Shown here one piece after another: positions 8,655-17,702 of a stretch of DNA of 43,588 nucleotides. This stretch comes from Eubacteriales bacterium (GTDB taxonomy: Bacteria; Bacillota; Clostridia; Oscillospirales; JAAYXM01): positions 1-43,588 of the forward strand of contig JAZSHZ010000315.1 in assembly GCA_045533555.1 (NCBI GenBank), written 5' to 3'. Every line of letters begins with the position of its first letter. Position 1 is the first letter of the stretch. Under the pieces are notes generated by a model. The model did no database searches. It was given only the letters and a program-made list of their open reading frames with translations, and had not been told where the DNA came from. A program made the translations under genes and the position numbers.

Positions 8655-9797
8655 ATGGATATAAAAAAGCTTCGCGAAAATATAGACGGCATCGATGAGA
8701 AGATCGTCGCACTTCTCCGCGAGAGAATGGAGACGGCGGCAAAAATCGGGCAATATAAGAGAGAGAATAATCTTCCGGTATATGATCCCGCGCGCGAGCG
8801 CGAGCTCTTTGAGCGCGTCGCAAACCTTGCGGGAGAGGATTTCGGCTCATATACGAGAGTCCTCTATTCGACGGTGACGGATATCTCCCGCTCATATCAG
8901 AGAAAGCTTTCGGGAAGAATGAGCGATCTTGCCGAGCGCATGCAGAATGCGATAGAAAAGACGGAAAAGCTCTTCCCGCAGGGCGGAGTGGTCGCCTGTC
9001 AGGGCGTTGAGGGCGCATATTCCCAGCTCGCCTGCGAAAAGCTCTTCAAGAATCCGAGCATAATGTATTTCGGAAGCTTCGAGGATGTTTTCCGCGCAGT
9101 TGATAAAAAGCTCTGCCGCTATGGCGTTCTCCCGATTGAAAACAGCACTGCGGGCTCGGTCAATAAGATCTATGACCTTATGGCGAAATATAATTTCCAT
9201 ATCGTCCGCGGCATACGCATTCAGGTCGGCCATGCGCTCCTTGCAAAGCGCGGTGCGAAGCTTGAGGGTATCCGCGAGATATATTCCCATGAGCAGGCGA
9301 TAAATCAGTGCGGCGAATTCCTCGCGGCGCACAAGGATATCAAGATCAATATCTGCGAGAATACGGCAGTTGCCGCAAGGCTCGTCGCCGAGAGCGGAAG
9401 AGACGATATCGCCGCGCTTTCCTCGCCCGGCTGTGCCGAGATATATGAGCTTGCATCGCTTTGTGACAACGTCTGCGACCACATCGGAAACTACACCCGC
9501 TTCATATGCATTTCAAGAGACCTCGAGATATATCCGGGAGCGGATAAGACGAGCATAATGCTCAAGATTCCCCATAAGCCGGGCTCGCTCTATCGCATTA
9601 TGGCTCGCTTCAATGCATTGGGGCTCAACCTTGAAAAGCTCGAAAGCCGCCCGAAGCCGGGAAGCGATTTTGAGTTTATGTTCTATTTCGATATCGGCGC
9701 ATCGATCTATAACCCCGATCTCTTCGAGCTCATCTGCGAGCTTGATGATGATATAGACGGCTTCCGCTATTTCGGAAGCTATACTGAAATAATATAG
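8655..9797 (+). CDS. pheA: Bifunctional chorismate mutase / prephenate dehydratase (P-protein) with C-terminal ACT domain
   Basis: N-terminal CM_2-like helix (LRENIDGIDEKIVALLRERM), PDT core (ACQGVEGAYS...PIENSTAGSV), ACT-like end (ESRP...EF.F). Confidence 0.9.
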   Translation: MDIKKLRENIDGIDEKIVALLRERMETAAKIGQYKRENNLPVYDPARERELFERVANLAGEDFGSYTRVLYSTVTDISRSYQRKLSGRMSDLAERMQNAIEKTEKLFPQGGVVACQGVEGAYSQLACEKLFKNPSIMYFGSFEDVFRAVDKKLCRYGVLPIENSTAGSVNKIYDLMAKYNFHIVRGIRIQVGHALLAKRGAKLEGIREIYSHEQAINQCGEFLAAHKDIKINICENTAVAARLVAESGRDDIAALSSPGCAEIYELASLCDNVCDHIGNYTRFICISRDLEIYPGADKTSIMLKIPHKPGSLYRIMARFNALGLNLEKLESRPKPGSDFEFMFYFDIGASIYNPDLFELICELDDDIDGFRYFGSYTEII

Positions 9798-9800
9798 CAA

Positions 9801-9835
9801 AAAGGAAGGGCGGATTTTCGCCCTTCCTTTAATTG
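9801..9835 (+). terminator. Operon terminator after pheA
   Basis: AAAGGAAGGGCG-gatttt-CGCCCTTCCTTT, a 12-bp stem, followed by a T-rich tail. Confidence 0.75.
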
Positions 9836-9852
9836 TTGTGCATTCACCATGC

Positions 9853-9881
9853 TTGACAAAACTTGTTTTGCGGTTTATACT
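9853..9881 (+). promoter_or_regulatory. Sigma-A promoter driving the cobalamin riboswitch transcript
   Basis: TTGACA (9853-9858), 17-nt spacer, TATACT (9876-9881). Confidence 0.65.
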
Positions 9882-9904
9882 GTTTTGTAATTAAATATAC
9901 TTCG

Positions 9905-10110
9905 GATGTGTCGGCTATGCTGCTTTGGGCATAGTCGGTGAAAAGGGAATCGGGTGAAAATCCCGAACGGTACCCGCCGCCGTGTGCGCTGCGAGCCCCG
10001 AAGCTTTTTCGGTGAAAGCCGGTCATTGGGAAACTGAGAAGGCAAAGCTTTCGGGATGCGGAAATCTTTTCGCGTAGAGCGTGAGTCGGAAGACCTGCAT
10101 TGACACCGTC
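9905..10110 (+). promoter_or_regulatory. Cobalamin (B12) riboswitch aptamer
   Basis: Conserved core AAAAGGGAATCGGGTGAAAATCCCGAACGGTACCCGCCGCCGTG, and a B12-box-like GAGTCGGAAGACCTGC at about 10083-10098. The boundaries are approximate. Confidence 0.85.
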
Positions 10111-10198
10111 TTGCATAAAAAGAGGCGGTTTTGCTTCATGTGCTATCTGTTCTCGGCATATGAGGCTTTTGAGGTATACGCACACAGAAATTAGTCGG

Positions 10199-10234
10199 CT
10201 GTGGCAAATTTTAAATTTGCCGCAGTCTTTTTTT
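10199..10234 (+). terminator. Riboswitch expression-platform terminator
   Basis: CTGTGGCAAATTT/AAATTTGCCGCAG hairpin followed by TCTTTTTTT, 25 nt upstream of the ATG at 10260. Confidence 0.75.
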
Positions 10235-10259
10235 GCGGCATTGAAAGGATGATGCAAAA

Positions 10260-12341
10260 ATGAAGAGAACAAACAGATTATTGGCGTGGCTTCTGTGCCT
10301 TGCGATGCTCCTCTCGGGGTGCAGTGTATCGGTGGGTGCGGAAGCAACTGCCACGGATGAGCGCGCTGCGCTTGCAAGTGAGATTGCGGAAGGCTTTCTC
10401 ACCTCAGAGTCGCTTTCCGAATGGGTAATATTTGACCTTGCGGCAAACGGCTCGGAAATTCCTCCGGATAAGAGGGAAGCCTATGTCGAAAGCGCGATCG
10501 CTTCCGTATCTGCCGAGGGAGCGGCGGCAACAGAACTTGCAAAGGCGGCGATAATTCTCTCAAAGCTCGGCGAAGACATAACCTCTGAAGAAATCGGCCT
10601 TCCCGAAAAAATCGGAGCAGTTTCGTCTTTTGAGACATATTCCGATGCGATATGGATACTCATTGCCGATTGTCTCGACACGATCACGTTGTCGGATGAG
10701 GCAAAGCAGGCGGCGGTTGCGAAGATTTCCAAAAGTGTCAATGATAAGGGAATAATCTTTGGCTCCTATGGCGGATATGCATATGATGACCCCGACAGCA
10801 CAGGTGCCGCGATCGGCGCGCTCACACCGCTGATTGATGAAGCGGACACATATGGGGCAGGCGAGCTTTGCGGAAAGATGATTTCCGCGCTTTCCGAGGC
10901 TCAGCTTGAGAATGGCTCGTTCGGAAGCGCCTGCACCGATGCGTTTGTCATAATCGGTCTTTCTGTTGCAGGAATAGATGCGGGCAATGATGAGAGATTT
11001 ATCAAGGGTGAAAACAGTCTGATTGACGGGCTTATGAGCTTCAAAGTTGAAGGTGGCTTCGCGGGATATGACGGAAGTCTCGACCTGGAATGGTCAACAG
11101 AGCAGGGATTCCGCGCCCTCATCGCATATAAGGGCTTCGAGGAGAGCGAAGGGGCATATAATGTTTACTACACGGCGGCATCTCCCGGGGAAGGCGGGAG
11201 CGGAGAAGACAACGGCGGCGAAAACGAAGAAGAGCCGCCAAAGGAAGAAAAGCCATCCGGAGGTCTCGTTTCGGGAGGGGATAAGACCGAACCTGAAAAA
11301 GAACCGGTAACCGAGCCCGAAGCGCCCAATGAGGATGAAAAAGAAGAAACAATAACGGTTTCGTTTGAGATGAAGACACATAAGAAAATGTGGATATCCT
11401 CCCATAGGGTCGAAATTCCGAAGAACACAACCGTCAAAAAGCTTATCGAGAAGGTTTTTGATACATACGGAGTTGAGAATAAAGGTCTTTCGACAGGATA
11501 TCTCCGCTCTGTCACATATAAAGGCGAAACCTGGGGCGAATTTGATGCAGGTGCGGGAAGCGGATGGCAATATTTTGTCAATGGAGAGCTTCCGCGCGTA
11601 GGAATCGGAAGCTTCAAGCTCTCGGACGGAGATCTCGTCTCGCTTGCTTATACTGCAGACTACACGGAAAATATGAACGACAAAGAGCAGTCCGATACTG
11701 CAGAGCATGACACTTCATATTCAACCGACAATGTAGATAAAACTCCCTCAGTCGGCGATGCCGACAGCTCCCTCGGAGAGGGAGCCGAAAACGTCCGCTT
11801 CGTCGACCTTGGTGGTCACGATTGGGCGGCTGATTCTATCAATGCTCTTGCAGATGAAGGAATCATCAAGGGAACAAGCGAGAACACATTCTCACCCGCA
11901 GCTAACATCACGCGCGCAGACTTTGCAATTCTCCTCGTCCGCGCATTTAAGTTAGCATCCGAGAGCGAAGAAAACTTTGCTGATGTTTCCGCTTCCGACT
12001 ACTTTGCAAAAGAACTTGCGGTAGCCCGCAAAACAGGTCTTGTCAACGGCATCGGTGAGAACAAATTTGCTCCGAAAAACAACATCACCCGTCAGGATAT
12101 GATGGTAATCGTCTACAGAGCACTTGCGGGAATGGAAAAAATCAATGTAGGGGACGGCGTCCTCGACGTCCCGCAGGCAAGCGATTATGACAAGGTAGCC
12201 GACTATGCAAAAGATGCGGTAGCAGCCCTTGTCAATGCAAAGCTCGTAAACGGTAAAAACGGACTCATTGCACCAACGGACTATACAACCCGTGCCGAAG
12301 TCGCGGTGCTTATCGCGAGAATACTTGATTTCATAAAATAA
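10260..12341 (+). CDS. Surface lipoprotein: alpha/alpha-toroid (prenyltransferase-like) domain + acidic linker + DUF4430-like domain + 3 SLH repeats; candidate cobalamin-binding wall protein
   Basis: Signal peptide with lipobox LLSGC. QLENGSFGS-type toroid repeats. DUF4430-like SGWQYFVNGELPRVGIGSFKLSDGDLVSLAYT. Three SLH repeats (FVDLGGHDWAADSINALADEGIIKG; FADVSASDYFAKELAVARKTGLVNG; DYAKDAVAALVNAKLVNG). Directly downstream of the B12 riboswitch. Confidence 0.8.
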   Translation: MKRTNRLLAWLLCLAMLLSGCSVSVGAEATATDERAALASEIAEGFLTSESLSEWVIFDLAANGSEIPPDKREAYVESAIASVSAEGAAATELAKAAIILSKLGEDITSEEIGLPEKIGAVSSFETYSDAIWILIADCLDTITLSDEAKQAAVAKISKSVNDKGIIFGSYGGYAYDDPDSTGAAIGALTPLIDEADTYGAGELCGKMISALSEAQLENGSFGSACTDAFVIIGLSVAGIDAGNDERFIKGENSLIDGLMSFKVEGGFAGYDGSLDLEWSTEQGFRALIAYKGFEESEGAYNVYYTAASPGEGGSGEDNGGENEEEPPKEEKPSGGLVSGGDKTEPEKEPVTEPEAPNEDEKEETITVSFEMKTHKKMWISSHRVEIPKNTTVKKLIEKVFDTYGVENKGLSTGYLRSVTYKGETWGEFDAGAGSGWQYFVNGELPRVGIGSFKLSDGDLVSLAYTADYTENMNDKEQSDTAEHDTSYSTDNVDKTPSVGDADSSLGEGAENVRFVDLGGHDWAADSINALADEGIIKGTSENTFSPAANITRADFAILLVRAFKLASESEENFADVSASDYFAKELAVARKTGLVNGIGENKFAPKNNITRQDMMVIVYRALAGMEKINVGDGVLDVPQASDYDKVADYAKDAVAALVNAKLVNGKNGLIAPTDYTTRAEVAVLIARILDFIK

Positions 12342-12361
12342 AAACTCCTGCATTGAAAAAA

Positions 12362-12388
12362 GGCTTCCGCCACGGCGGAAGCCTTTTT
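12362..12388. terminator. Bidirectional terminator between the SLH protein gene and spo0A
   Basis: GGCTTCCGCC/GGCGGAAGCC stem flanked by an A-run and a T-run. Confidence 0.8.
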
Positions 12389-12391
12389 ATG

Positions 12392-13174
12392 TCAAACCGC
12401 AACCTGCTGCTTGAGCTCGAGGTTCAGTTTATCTGCTATCATTGCGATGAATTCGGAATTTGTCGGCTTTCCTTTTGTGTTTGAGACCGTATATCCGAAA
12501 AATCTGTTGAGCGTGTCTATATCACCGCGGTTCCATGCAGTTTCAATTGCATGGCGTATTGCGCGCTCAACTCTTGAAGGCGTCGTCTGAAATTTTCTTG
12601 CGACCGTGGGGTAGAGAACTTTGGTAATGGCATTTATAATGTCAATATCATTGACGGCGAGGATGATCGCTTCGCGCAGGTAGTGATAACCCTTGATGTG
12701 CGCCGGCACGCCGATTTCGTGGATAATCGAAGTTACCATCAGCTCAATGCTTTCCTTTGAAGCGGCGGGCAGATCGTGGCGGCGGTTGACTCCGTGTTCA
12801 CCGGCAAACATTTTTATGCGCTCGATGAGAGTCTCGGGGGAGAATGGCTTGACCATAAAATATGTAACTCCGAGACTTGCCGAAACCTCGGCAAGCTGTT
12901 CGCTCGATGTGAGCGAGGTCATAAAAATATATGGGCGCTTTCTTGCCTCCTGTGAGCTGAGTGCGCTCGCCACTCCAAGACCGTCGATAATCGGGAGCAT
13001 CGTGCTTATGATGACGACATCGGGCATAAGTGCGCGCGTCTTTGCTATGGCATCCTCTCCGTCCGAAACCTTTGCGACTACCTCGAAGCCTATTTCGTTT
13101 TCGAGTGAATTTGATAAGTGCTCTCTGAATTCTTTGTTTTCTTCCGCAATGAGTATTTTTATTCTGTTTCCCAT
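12392..13174 (-). CDS. spo0A: Sporulation master regulator Spo0A
   Basis: Receiver domain (KILIAEEN...[14 protein letters not shown]) and the Spo0A-specific C-terminal domain ([16 protein letters not shown]...[12 protein letters not shown]...TNSEFIA). The track start 13192 is a TTG. ATG 13174 has GAAGGGAAGAG upstream. Confidence 0.95.
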   Translation of the reverse strand: MGNRIKILIAEENKEFREHLSNSLENEIGFEVVAKVSDGEDAIAKTRALMPDVVIISTMLPIIDGLGVASALSSQEARKRPYIFMTSLTSSEQLAEVSASLGVTYFMVKPFSPETLIERIKMFAGEHGVNRRHDLPAASKESIELMVTSIIHEIGVPAHIKGYHYLREAIILAVNDIDIINAITKVLYPTVARKFQTTPSRVERAIRHAIETAWNRGDIDTLNRFFGYTVSNTKGKPTNSEFIAMIADKLNLELKQQVAV

Positions 13175-13269
13175 TTGTTCTCTTCCCTTCAATTTTTCTC
13201 TTGCAGATATAATTTACCATAATTTTACAATTTAAGCAATAGAAAAATGGAAAAAAGTGGTAAAAATCG

Positions 13270-13276
13270 TTCGACA
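13270..13276 (-). promoter_or_regulatory. Consensus 0A box (TGTCGAA) upstream of spo0A
   Basis: TTCGACA on the + strand equals TGTCGAA on the spo0A strand, about 95 nt upstream of the start. A candidate promoter follows (TTGCTT, 17 nt, TAAATT). A single 7-mer could occur by chance. Confidence 0.4.
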
Positions 13277-13398
13277 ACCTTTGCTAAAAAACTGTATTTG
13301 CGGGCACATTTTGTGTGCTTATGAGTTTTAAAAACACATTATGCGGAAATTTAGGCACTTTTGCGCGAAAAATGCCGCTTTGCGTGTTTGGTCGCTAT

Positions 13399-13427
13399 TT
13401 GACATATTCGGGTGTCGATATTATAAT
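13399..13427 (+). promoter_or_regulatory. Consensus sigma-A promoter for the TrmH-family gene
   Basis: TTGACA (13399-13404), 17-nt spacer, TATAAT (13422-13427). Confidence 0.7.
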
Positions 13428-13463
13428 AATAAAAAAGATATCTGTTGTAATTCGGAGTATGTT

Positions 13464-14273
13464 ATGAGCAATATTATCGAAATAGTTGATTTTAAGGCGG
13501 AAGAGCTCGATGTTTATGCCCGCCTCACGGAAGCGCAGCTTTTAAACCGCGAAGAGCCGAAAAAGGGTCAGTTCATTGCGGAAAGCCCGAAGGTGATTCA
13601 CCGTGCGCTCGATGCGGGGTGCGTTCCGCTTTCGTTTCTCTGCGAGAAGAGCCATATAAACGGAGAGGCGCGGGATGTCATTGCGCGTTGCGGGGATATA
13701 CCCGTCTATACTGCGGAGTTTGATGTCCTGACACAGCTGACGGGATATAAACTGACGCGCGGAATGCTCTGCGCGATGCTCCGCCCGACTCTTCCGACGG
13801 CGGTCGAGATATGCAAAAATGCCCGCCGCATCGCCGTTCTTGAAGAGATCATGAACCCGACCAACCTCGGAGCGATCTTCAGAAGCGCCGCCGCGCTCGG
13901 GATAGATGCGGTGCTCCTCACTCCCGGCTGCTCGAATCCGCTCTACCGCCGCTCCGCAAGAGTGAGCATGGGAACGGTGTTCCAGGTACCGTGGACGTTT
14001 TTTGAAAAGGAGAGACCCTGGCAGGAAACTCTCTCGGAGCTCGGCTTCAAAACCTGCGCCATGGCGCTCTGCGATGACACGCTCGATATAGATGACGAGC
14101 GGCTTCGCAATGAAGAAAAGCTCGCCATCGTCCTCGGAACGGAAGGGGATGGGCTCAAGACGAAAACCATCGCCGATTGCGACTACACCGTGAAAATCCC
14201 GATGTCCCACGGGGTTGACTCATTGAATGTCGCCGCCGCAAGCGCCGTCGCATTCTGGGAATTATGCAAATAA
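13464..14273 (+). CDS. TrmH/SpoU-family RNA 2'-O-methyltransferase
   Basis: The track start 13341 precedes the promoter. ATG 13464 has GGAG 6 nt upstream. SpoU motifs NLGAIFRSA, IVLGTEGDGL, IPM.HGVDSLNVA. Confidence 0.85.
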   Translation: MSNIIEIVDFKAEELDVYARLTEAQLLNREEPKKGQFIAESPKVIHRALDAGCVPLSFLCEKSHINGEARDVIARCGDIPVYTAEFDVLTQLTGYKLTRGMLCAMLRPTLPTAVEICKNARRIAVLEEIMNPTNLGAIFRSAAALGIDAVLLTPGCSNPLYRRSARVSMGTVFQVPWTFFEKERPWQETLSELGFKTCAMALCDDTLDIDDERLRNEEKLAIVLGTEGDGLKTKTIADCDYTVKIPMSHGVDSLNVAAASAVAFWELCK

Positions 14274-14276
14274 AAA

Positions 14277-14299
14277 AACACCCGCGAGGGTGTTTTTTG
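14277..14299. terminator. Bidirectional terminator
   Basis: ACACCC-gcga-GGGTGT flanked by A7 and T6. Confidence 0.7.
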
Positions 14300-14300
14300 T

Positions 14301-15164
14301 TTATGCATCTTCTTCGAGGAATTTGAGGTAGCTTTCGCGGAGGTTATCGAGGGAGGTCTTCCATTCTTCGGGGTTGATGAATGGGTTTTCTTCGGGATTT
14401 GCAAGCATTTTTTCGCGCTTTTTGAGAGTTTTGTTCTGCGCAGGGTGATTTCCGAGCGTTATGTCGACCTTGCGCGAGGAAAGCTTTTCCATCGTCTTTA
14501 AAAACTCATCACGGATGCTCATATCAAATCCGAAATTCTCAAGGAAGGATTTATAGAGCGAAATGAACCCGACTCCTCCGAAAAGACCTGCCTTATATGT
14601 CGTCTCTCCGTCCGTGATGTCGAAGAAGAACGTGGTCGTTCCGGGCGTGTGACCGGGGGAATAGACGCATTCGATCTCTGTGTTGCCGAGCTTTATGATC
14701 TCTCCGTCCTCAAATTCATGATCGACTGTTGGCAATTTCGCAAGAGGATTCGGATTCATCGAGAGAAGTGCCGTGCTCGGATCGTTTCTCAGCATATCGC
14801 AGTCCGCGCGGCTCATAAATACCTTGCATCCGAAAAGCTCGCGGAATTCATCCGATGCGCCGAAGTGATCAAAATGCCCGTGAGTAAGAATAAGATATTT
14901 GATGTCCTTCGGGTTAAAGCCTGCTTCCCATATTGATTCAATGAGAAGATGTATCGCGTGCTGAAAACCCGCGTCGAAGAGAATCAGCCCGTCACCCGTG
15001 TCGATGAGATGCGCGCAGACGCGCCTGTCGCCGACGTAATGCAGGTTTCCGAAAATGCGGAAAGGTTCGATATATGCAATGCTCGGTTTTCTGTAAAACT
15101 CCGCATTCCGATTTGTATATTCTTCTTTTAAATCTTCAAATGTCTTTCTGCTCATATGATTCAC
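14301..15164 (-). CDS. MBL-fold metallo-hydrolase
   Basis: HxHxDH motif (LTHGHFDHFG) and a later SPGHTPG. Confidence 0.8.
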   Translation of the reverse strand: MNHMSRKTFEDLKEEYTNRNAEFYRKPSIAYIEPFRIFGNLHYVGDRRVCAHLIDTGDGLILFDAGFQHAIHLLIESIWEAGFNPKDIKYLILTHGHFDHFGASDEFRELFGCKVFMSRADCDMLRNDPSTALLSMNPNPLAKLPTVDHEFEDGEIIKLGNTEIECVYSPGHTPGTTTFFFDITDGETTYKAGLFGGVGFISLYKSFLENFGFDMSIRDEFLKTMEKLSSRKVDITLGNHPAQNKTLKKREKMLANPEENPFINPEEWKTSLDNLRESYLKFLEEDA

Positions 15165-15182
15165 CCCGCAATAATTCTAACA

Positions 15183-16469
15183 TTATTCGCGCGGCATTTC
15201 AACCGATTTTGCGATTTCTTCCGTTATGCGCAGAAATTCATCAATATCCTCTGTGCCGTGACAGTGGAGAGGTGAAACTCTGATTGCAGCGCGAAGATTG
15301 AGCGAGGCAAGAATGCGCTTTGAATATATGCTTTCGGGGCATCTGTCGCAGACAGTGACGCCTCGCCGCGCATATTCCGCAGTACATTCGGCAAAGTCAA
15401 TTCCATCGATTGCAATAGCTGAAATGAGATCGCGACCTGTTATATCCTCGGTATCAAGGTATACGGTGACGCCGTTTATGCGGCGAAGACCTTCGAGCAT
15501 TCTGTGGAGAAGTGCACGTTCATGAAGGTGAATGCGGCGCATTCCCTCAAGAAAAAGCTCTCTTGCGGAATCTGAAGAAACGAAATGCGCGCCGATATCA
15601 CAGACATAGTTTATGATTTCAAGGGCTGCGGCGAAGTTTGCAGGTGCGCTTGTTCCAAGTGCAAAGACGGATTGCTTTTTTGCGCAAAGCTTGTGGTGAG
15701 GAAGCTTTGCAACTCTTTCGGAGACATATGCAAAGCCACAACCGCGTATGCCGAAAAACTTATAAGGTGCAAAATTCATTCCGTCAATACCAAGCTGATC
15801 AACATCGAGTGCACAATGCGGTGCATGCTGAACTGCATCGGAGATTATATAGAGTTCGGGTTTCTTTGCTCTTGCTTTTCTCACGATTGCTCCGATATCC
15901 ATAATATTTCCTGAAATATTTGATGCGGACATAACGCTTAAGAGGCAGGTGCCGTCGTCGATATATTCCGCAACTGTATCGGAATCTATGCCGCCCGTCT
16001 TCGGGTTTGCAGGAATAACGCGCATCTCCTTGCCGGTTTTTTTGCAATAGAATTCAATTGCATCAAATGCGGAAGGATGCTCAAGCGAGGAAACGACCGC
16101 GTTTTTGCCCGGGATATTCTCCATAATGATCCCGACCATATGAAACATAGCTTGTGATGCCGTAAGCTCTGTTATGAGTGAGCCGCTCTTTGCACCGAAT
16201 ATGACCTCAAGGATCTCTTTCTCGCCGCGTTCGACAAAGGAACGGAGAAAGTTTGCCCGTTCATAGCTTCTTTCAGGGCAATCGGGAAAAGCTTCAAGCC
16301 TTGCTTTTGCCTCAACACAGCTTTTAAGGCGAAGGCTTCCGCCTGAGTTTTCGAAAAAAAGTCTCTTGCCGAGGGACGGATCGGAATCCGCATAATAAAA
16401 CTTCTCTTTCAATTCCTTTTGAAATCCGCTTTCGAAAAGGAGTCCGTTCGGATAATTCATAATAATCAC
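15183..16469 (-). CDS. Class V aminotransferase-fold PLP-dependent enzyme
   Basis: Fold-type I pattern with a candidate PLP lysine in NFAPYKFFG. Its start overlaps the upstream gene's stop by 4 nt. Confidence 0.7.
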   Translation of the reverse strand: MIIMNYPNGLLFESGFQKELKEKFYYADSDPSLGKRLFFENSGGSLRLKSCVEAKARLEAFPDCPERSYERANFLRSFVERGEKEILEVIFGAKSGSLITELTASQAMFHMVGIIMENIPGKNAVVSSLEHPSAFDAIEFYCKKTGKEMRVIPANPKTGGIDSDTVAEYIDDGTCLLSVMSASNISGNIMDIGAIVRKARAKKPELYIISDAVQHAPHCALDVDQLGIDGMNFAPYKFFGIRGCGFAYVSERVAKLPHHKLCAKKQSVFALGTSAPANFAAALEIINYVCDIGAHFVSSDSARELFLEGMRRIHLHERALLHRMLEGLRRINGVTVYLDTEDITGRDLISAIAIDGIDFAECTAEYARRGVTVCDRCPESIYSKRILASLNLRAAIRVSPLHCHGTEDIDEFLRITEEIAKSVEMPRE

Positions 16470-17596
16470 CTCTGCGGCATCAGATTTCCGAGCTTGATAT
16501 AACGTATGGCATCTTTACCGCGCACTGCAGGGTTTCCGTTTTGGTATTCGAGAGCAAGCTCGCTTGTGCTGTATGCCATATAGATATCGTTCAAGATATC
16601 GATGATGGAGATGTTGACTATGCCGTGTTTGGAATAAAGCTCCGCAACTTTGGTGAGCTCATCTCCGTTATCGGTATCAATGAGGAAGAAGGCGACACTT
16701 GTCCGCCCCTGCTGGATTTTCGGTCTGTTACCGGTGTCATCATTGAAAATATTGCAGTTCATAAGCATGTTACCGCAATAGTTGATGATTCCGGGTCTGC
16801 ACTGAATACTCTTTTCAAAATAAACGGGCTTGCTCCATGTTTTGCCCATATCGGAGGAAACGCTGCGGAAGACGCTGTCCTTATCCTTGTCCGTTCTTCC
16901 GATTGCATAGATTTTGCCGTTTGCAAACTTATAGTCAAATTCATATTGAATCGGATACGGGCATACGGCAAAAAACTCGAGCGTTTCAAGATTATCTGCC
17001 GAACGGTATAGAATCGGCTCTGCATGCAGGCTTGTAATTGCGCCGTAGTGATAGCCGTCATCTCCCGTAAAAATTGTGTGACTGCCGAATGCGATTTGCT
17101 CCGCGCAGCAATATTTGTGATTTGTCAGCCCTGCCTCGTCAAGGTATGCAAATTGCTCCGATCCTGTAAGAGGAACGGTTTCGCCGTTTTGTTTTTTGAG
17201 CATAACCGTCTTTTCCTCGCTGAGATTTTCCGAGAGAAAATCAAAATCCTTAAAGCATATAAAATGGTCACAGTCGGCGCGGCTGTCCTTCTCATAGAAA
17301 ACGCGGACGCGGCCTTCCCCAAGGCTTATCGCATTCGGGCAATATACATCCCGGCATGTGGCTATGTCGATGAATTTTATGTTTGTCGGTTGTGATGCGG
17401 GGAAATATGAAAGTGAAATTCTTCCTCTTGATTCCCCGTAGTGTCCCTGCGGTCCGGGCATATATGCGCAGAACATAATGCCATACTTCGCATCAAAGAC
17501 AAGCTTTGCGCCGTCTGCGCTCGTGTCCGTGAACCCGTTGTTTATCTGAGCTGAAAAATTAAGAATCGGAGATACCTCTCCTTTTCGCTCTGTCAT
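16466..17596 (-). CDS. Hypothetical protein with one Asp-box (BNR/sialidase-like beta-propeller?)
   Basis: The track start is 17668. ATG 17596 has AGGAGG upstream. One S-x-D-x-G-x-T-W Asp-box (SSDMGKTW). No signal peptide. The function is not assignable. Confidence 0.6.
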   Translation of the reverse strand: MTERKGEVSPILNFSAQINNGFTDTSADGAKLVFDAKYGIMFCAYMPGPQGHYGESRGRISLSYFPASQPTNIKFIDIATCRDVYCPNAISLGEGRVRVFYEKDSRADCDHFICFKDFDFLSENLSEEKTVMLKKQNGETVPLTGSEQFAYLDEAGLTNHKYCCAEQIAFGSHTIFTGDDGYHYGAITSLHAEPILYRSADNLETLEFFAVCPYPIQYEFDYKFANGKIYAIGRTDKDKDSVFRSVSSDMGKTWSKPVYFEKSIQCRPGIINYCGNMLMNCNIFNDDTGNRPKIQQGRTSVAFFLIDTDNGDELTKVAELYSKHGIVNISIIDILNDIYMAYSTSELALEYQNGNPAVRGKDAIRYIKLGNLMPQR

Positions 17597-17667
17597 AAAA
17601 TCGACCTCCTTTCTCTCATTATAATTGAGTGATTTGGAAATATAAAGCGCTATATTTGCAAAAAACA

Positions 17668-17696
17668 TTGAAAATCCTGCAAATATATATTATCAT
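17668..17696 (+). promoter_or_regulatory. Candidate promoter giving a leaderless araC-family mRNA
   Basis: TTGAAA (17668-17673), 17-nt spacer, TATCAT (17691-17696). The ATG lies at 17703, 6 nt after the -10 box, with no SD sequence. Confidence 0.4.
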
Positions 17697-17702
17697 ATAA
17701 TT

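Noticed and set aside
12693-13235. 180-aa plus-strand ORF opposite spo0A
   Set aside because: It is antisense to an unambiguous Spo0A coding sequence and extends into the spo0A promoter. There are no motifs.
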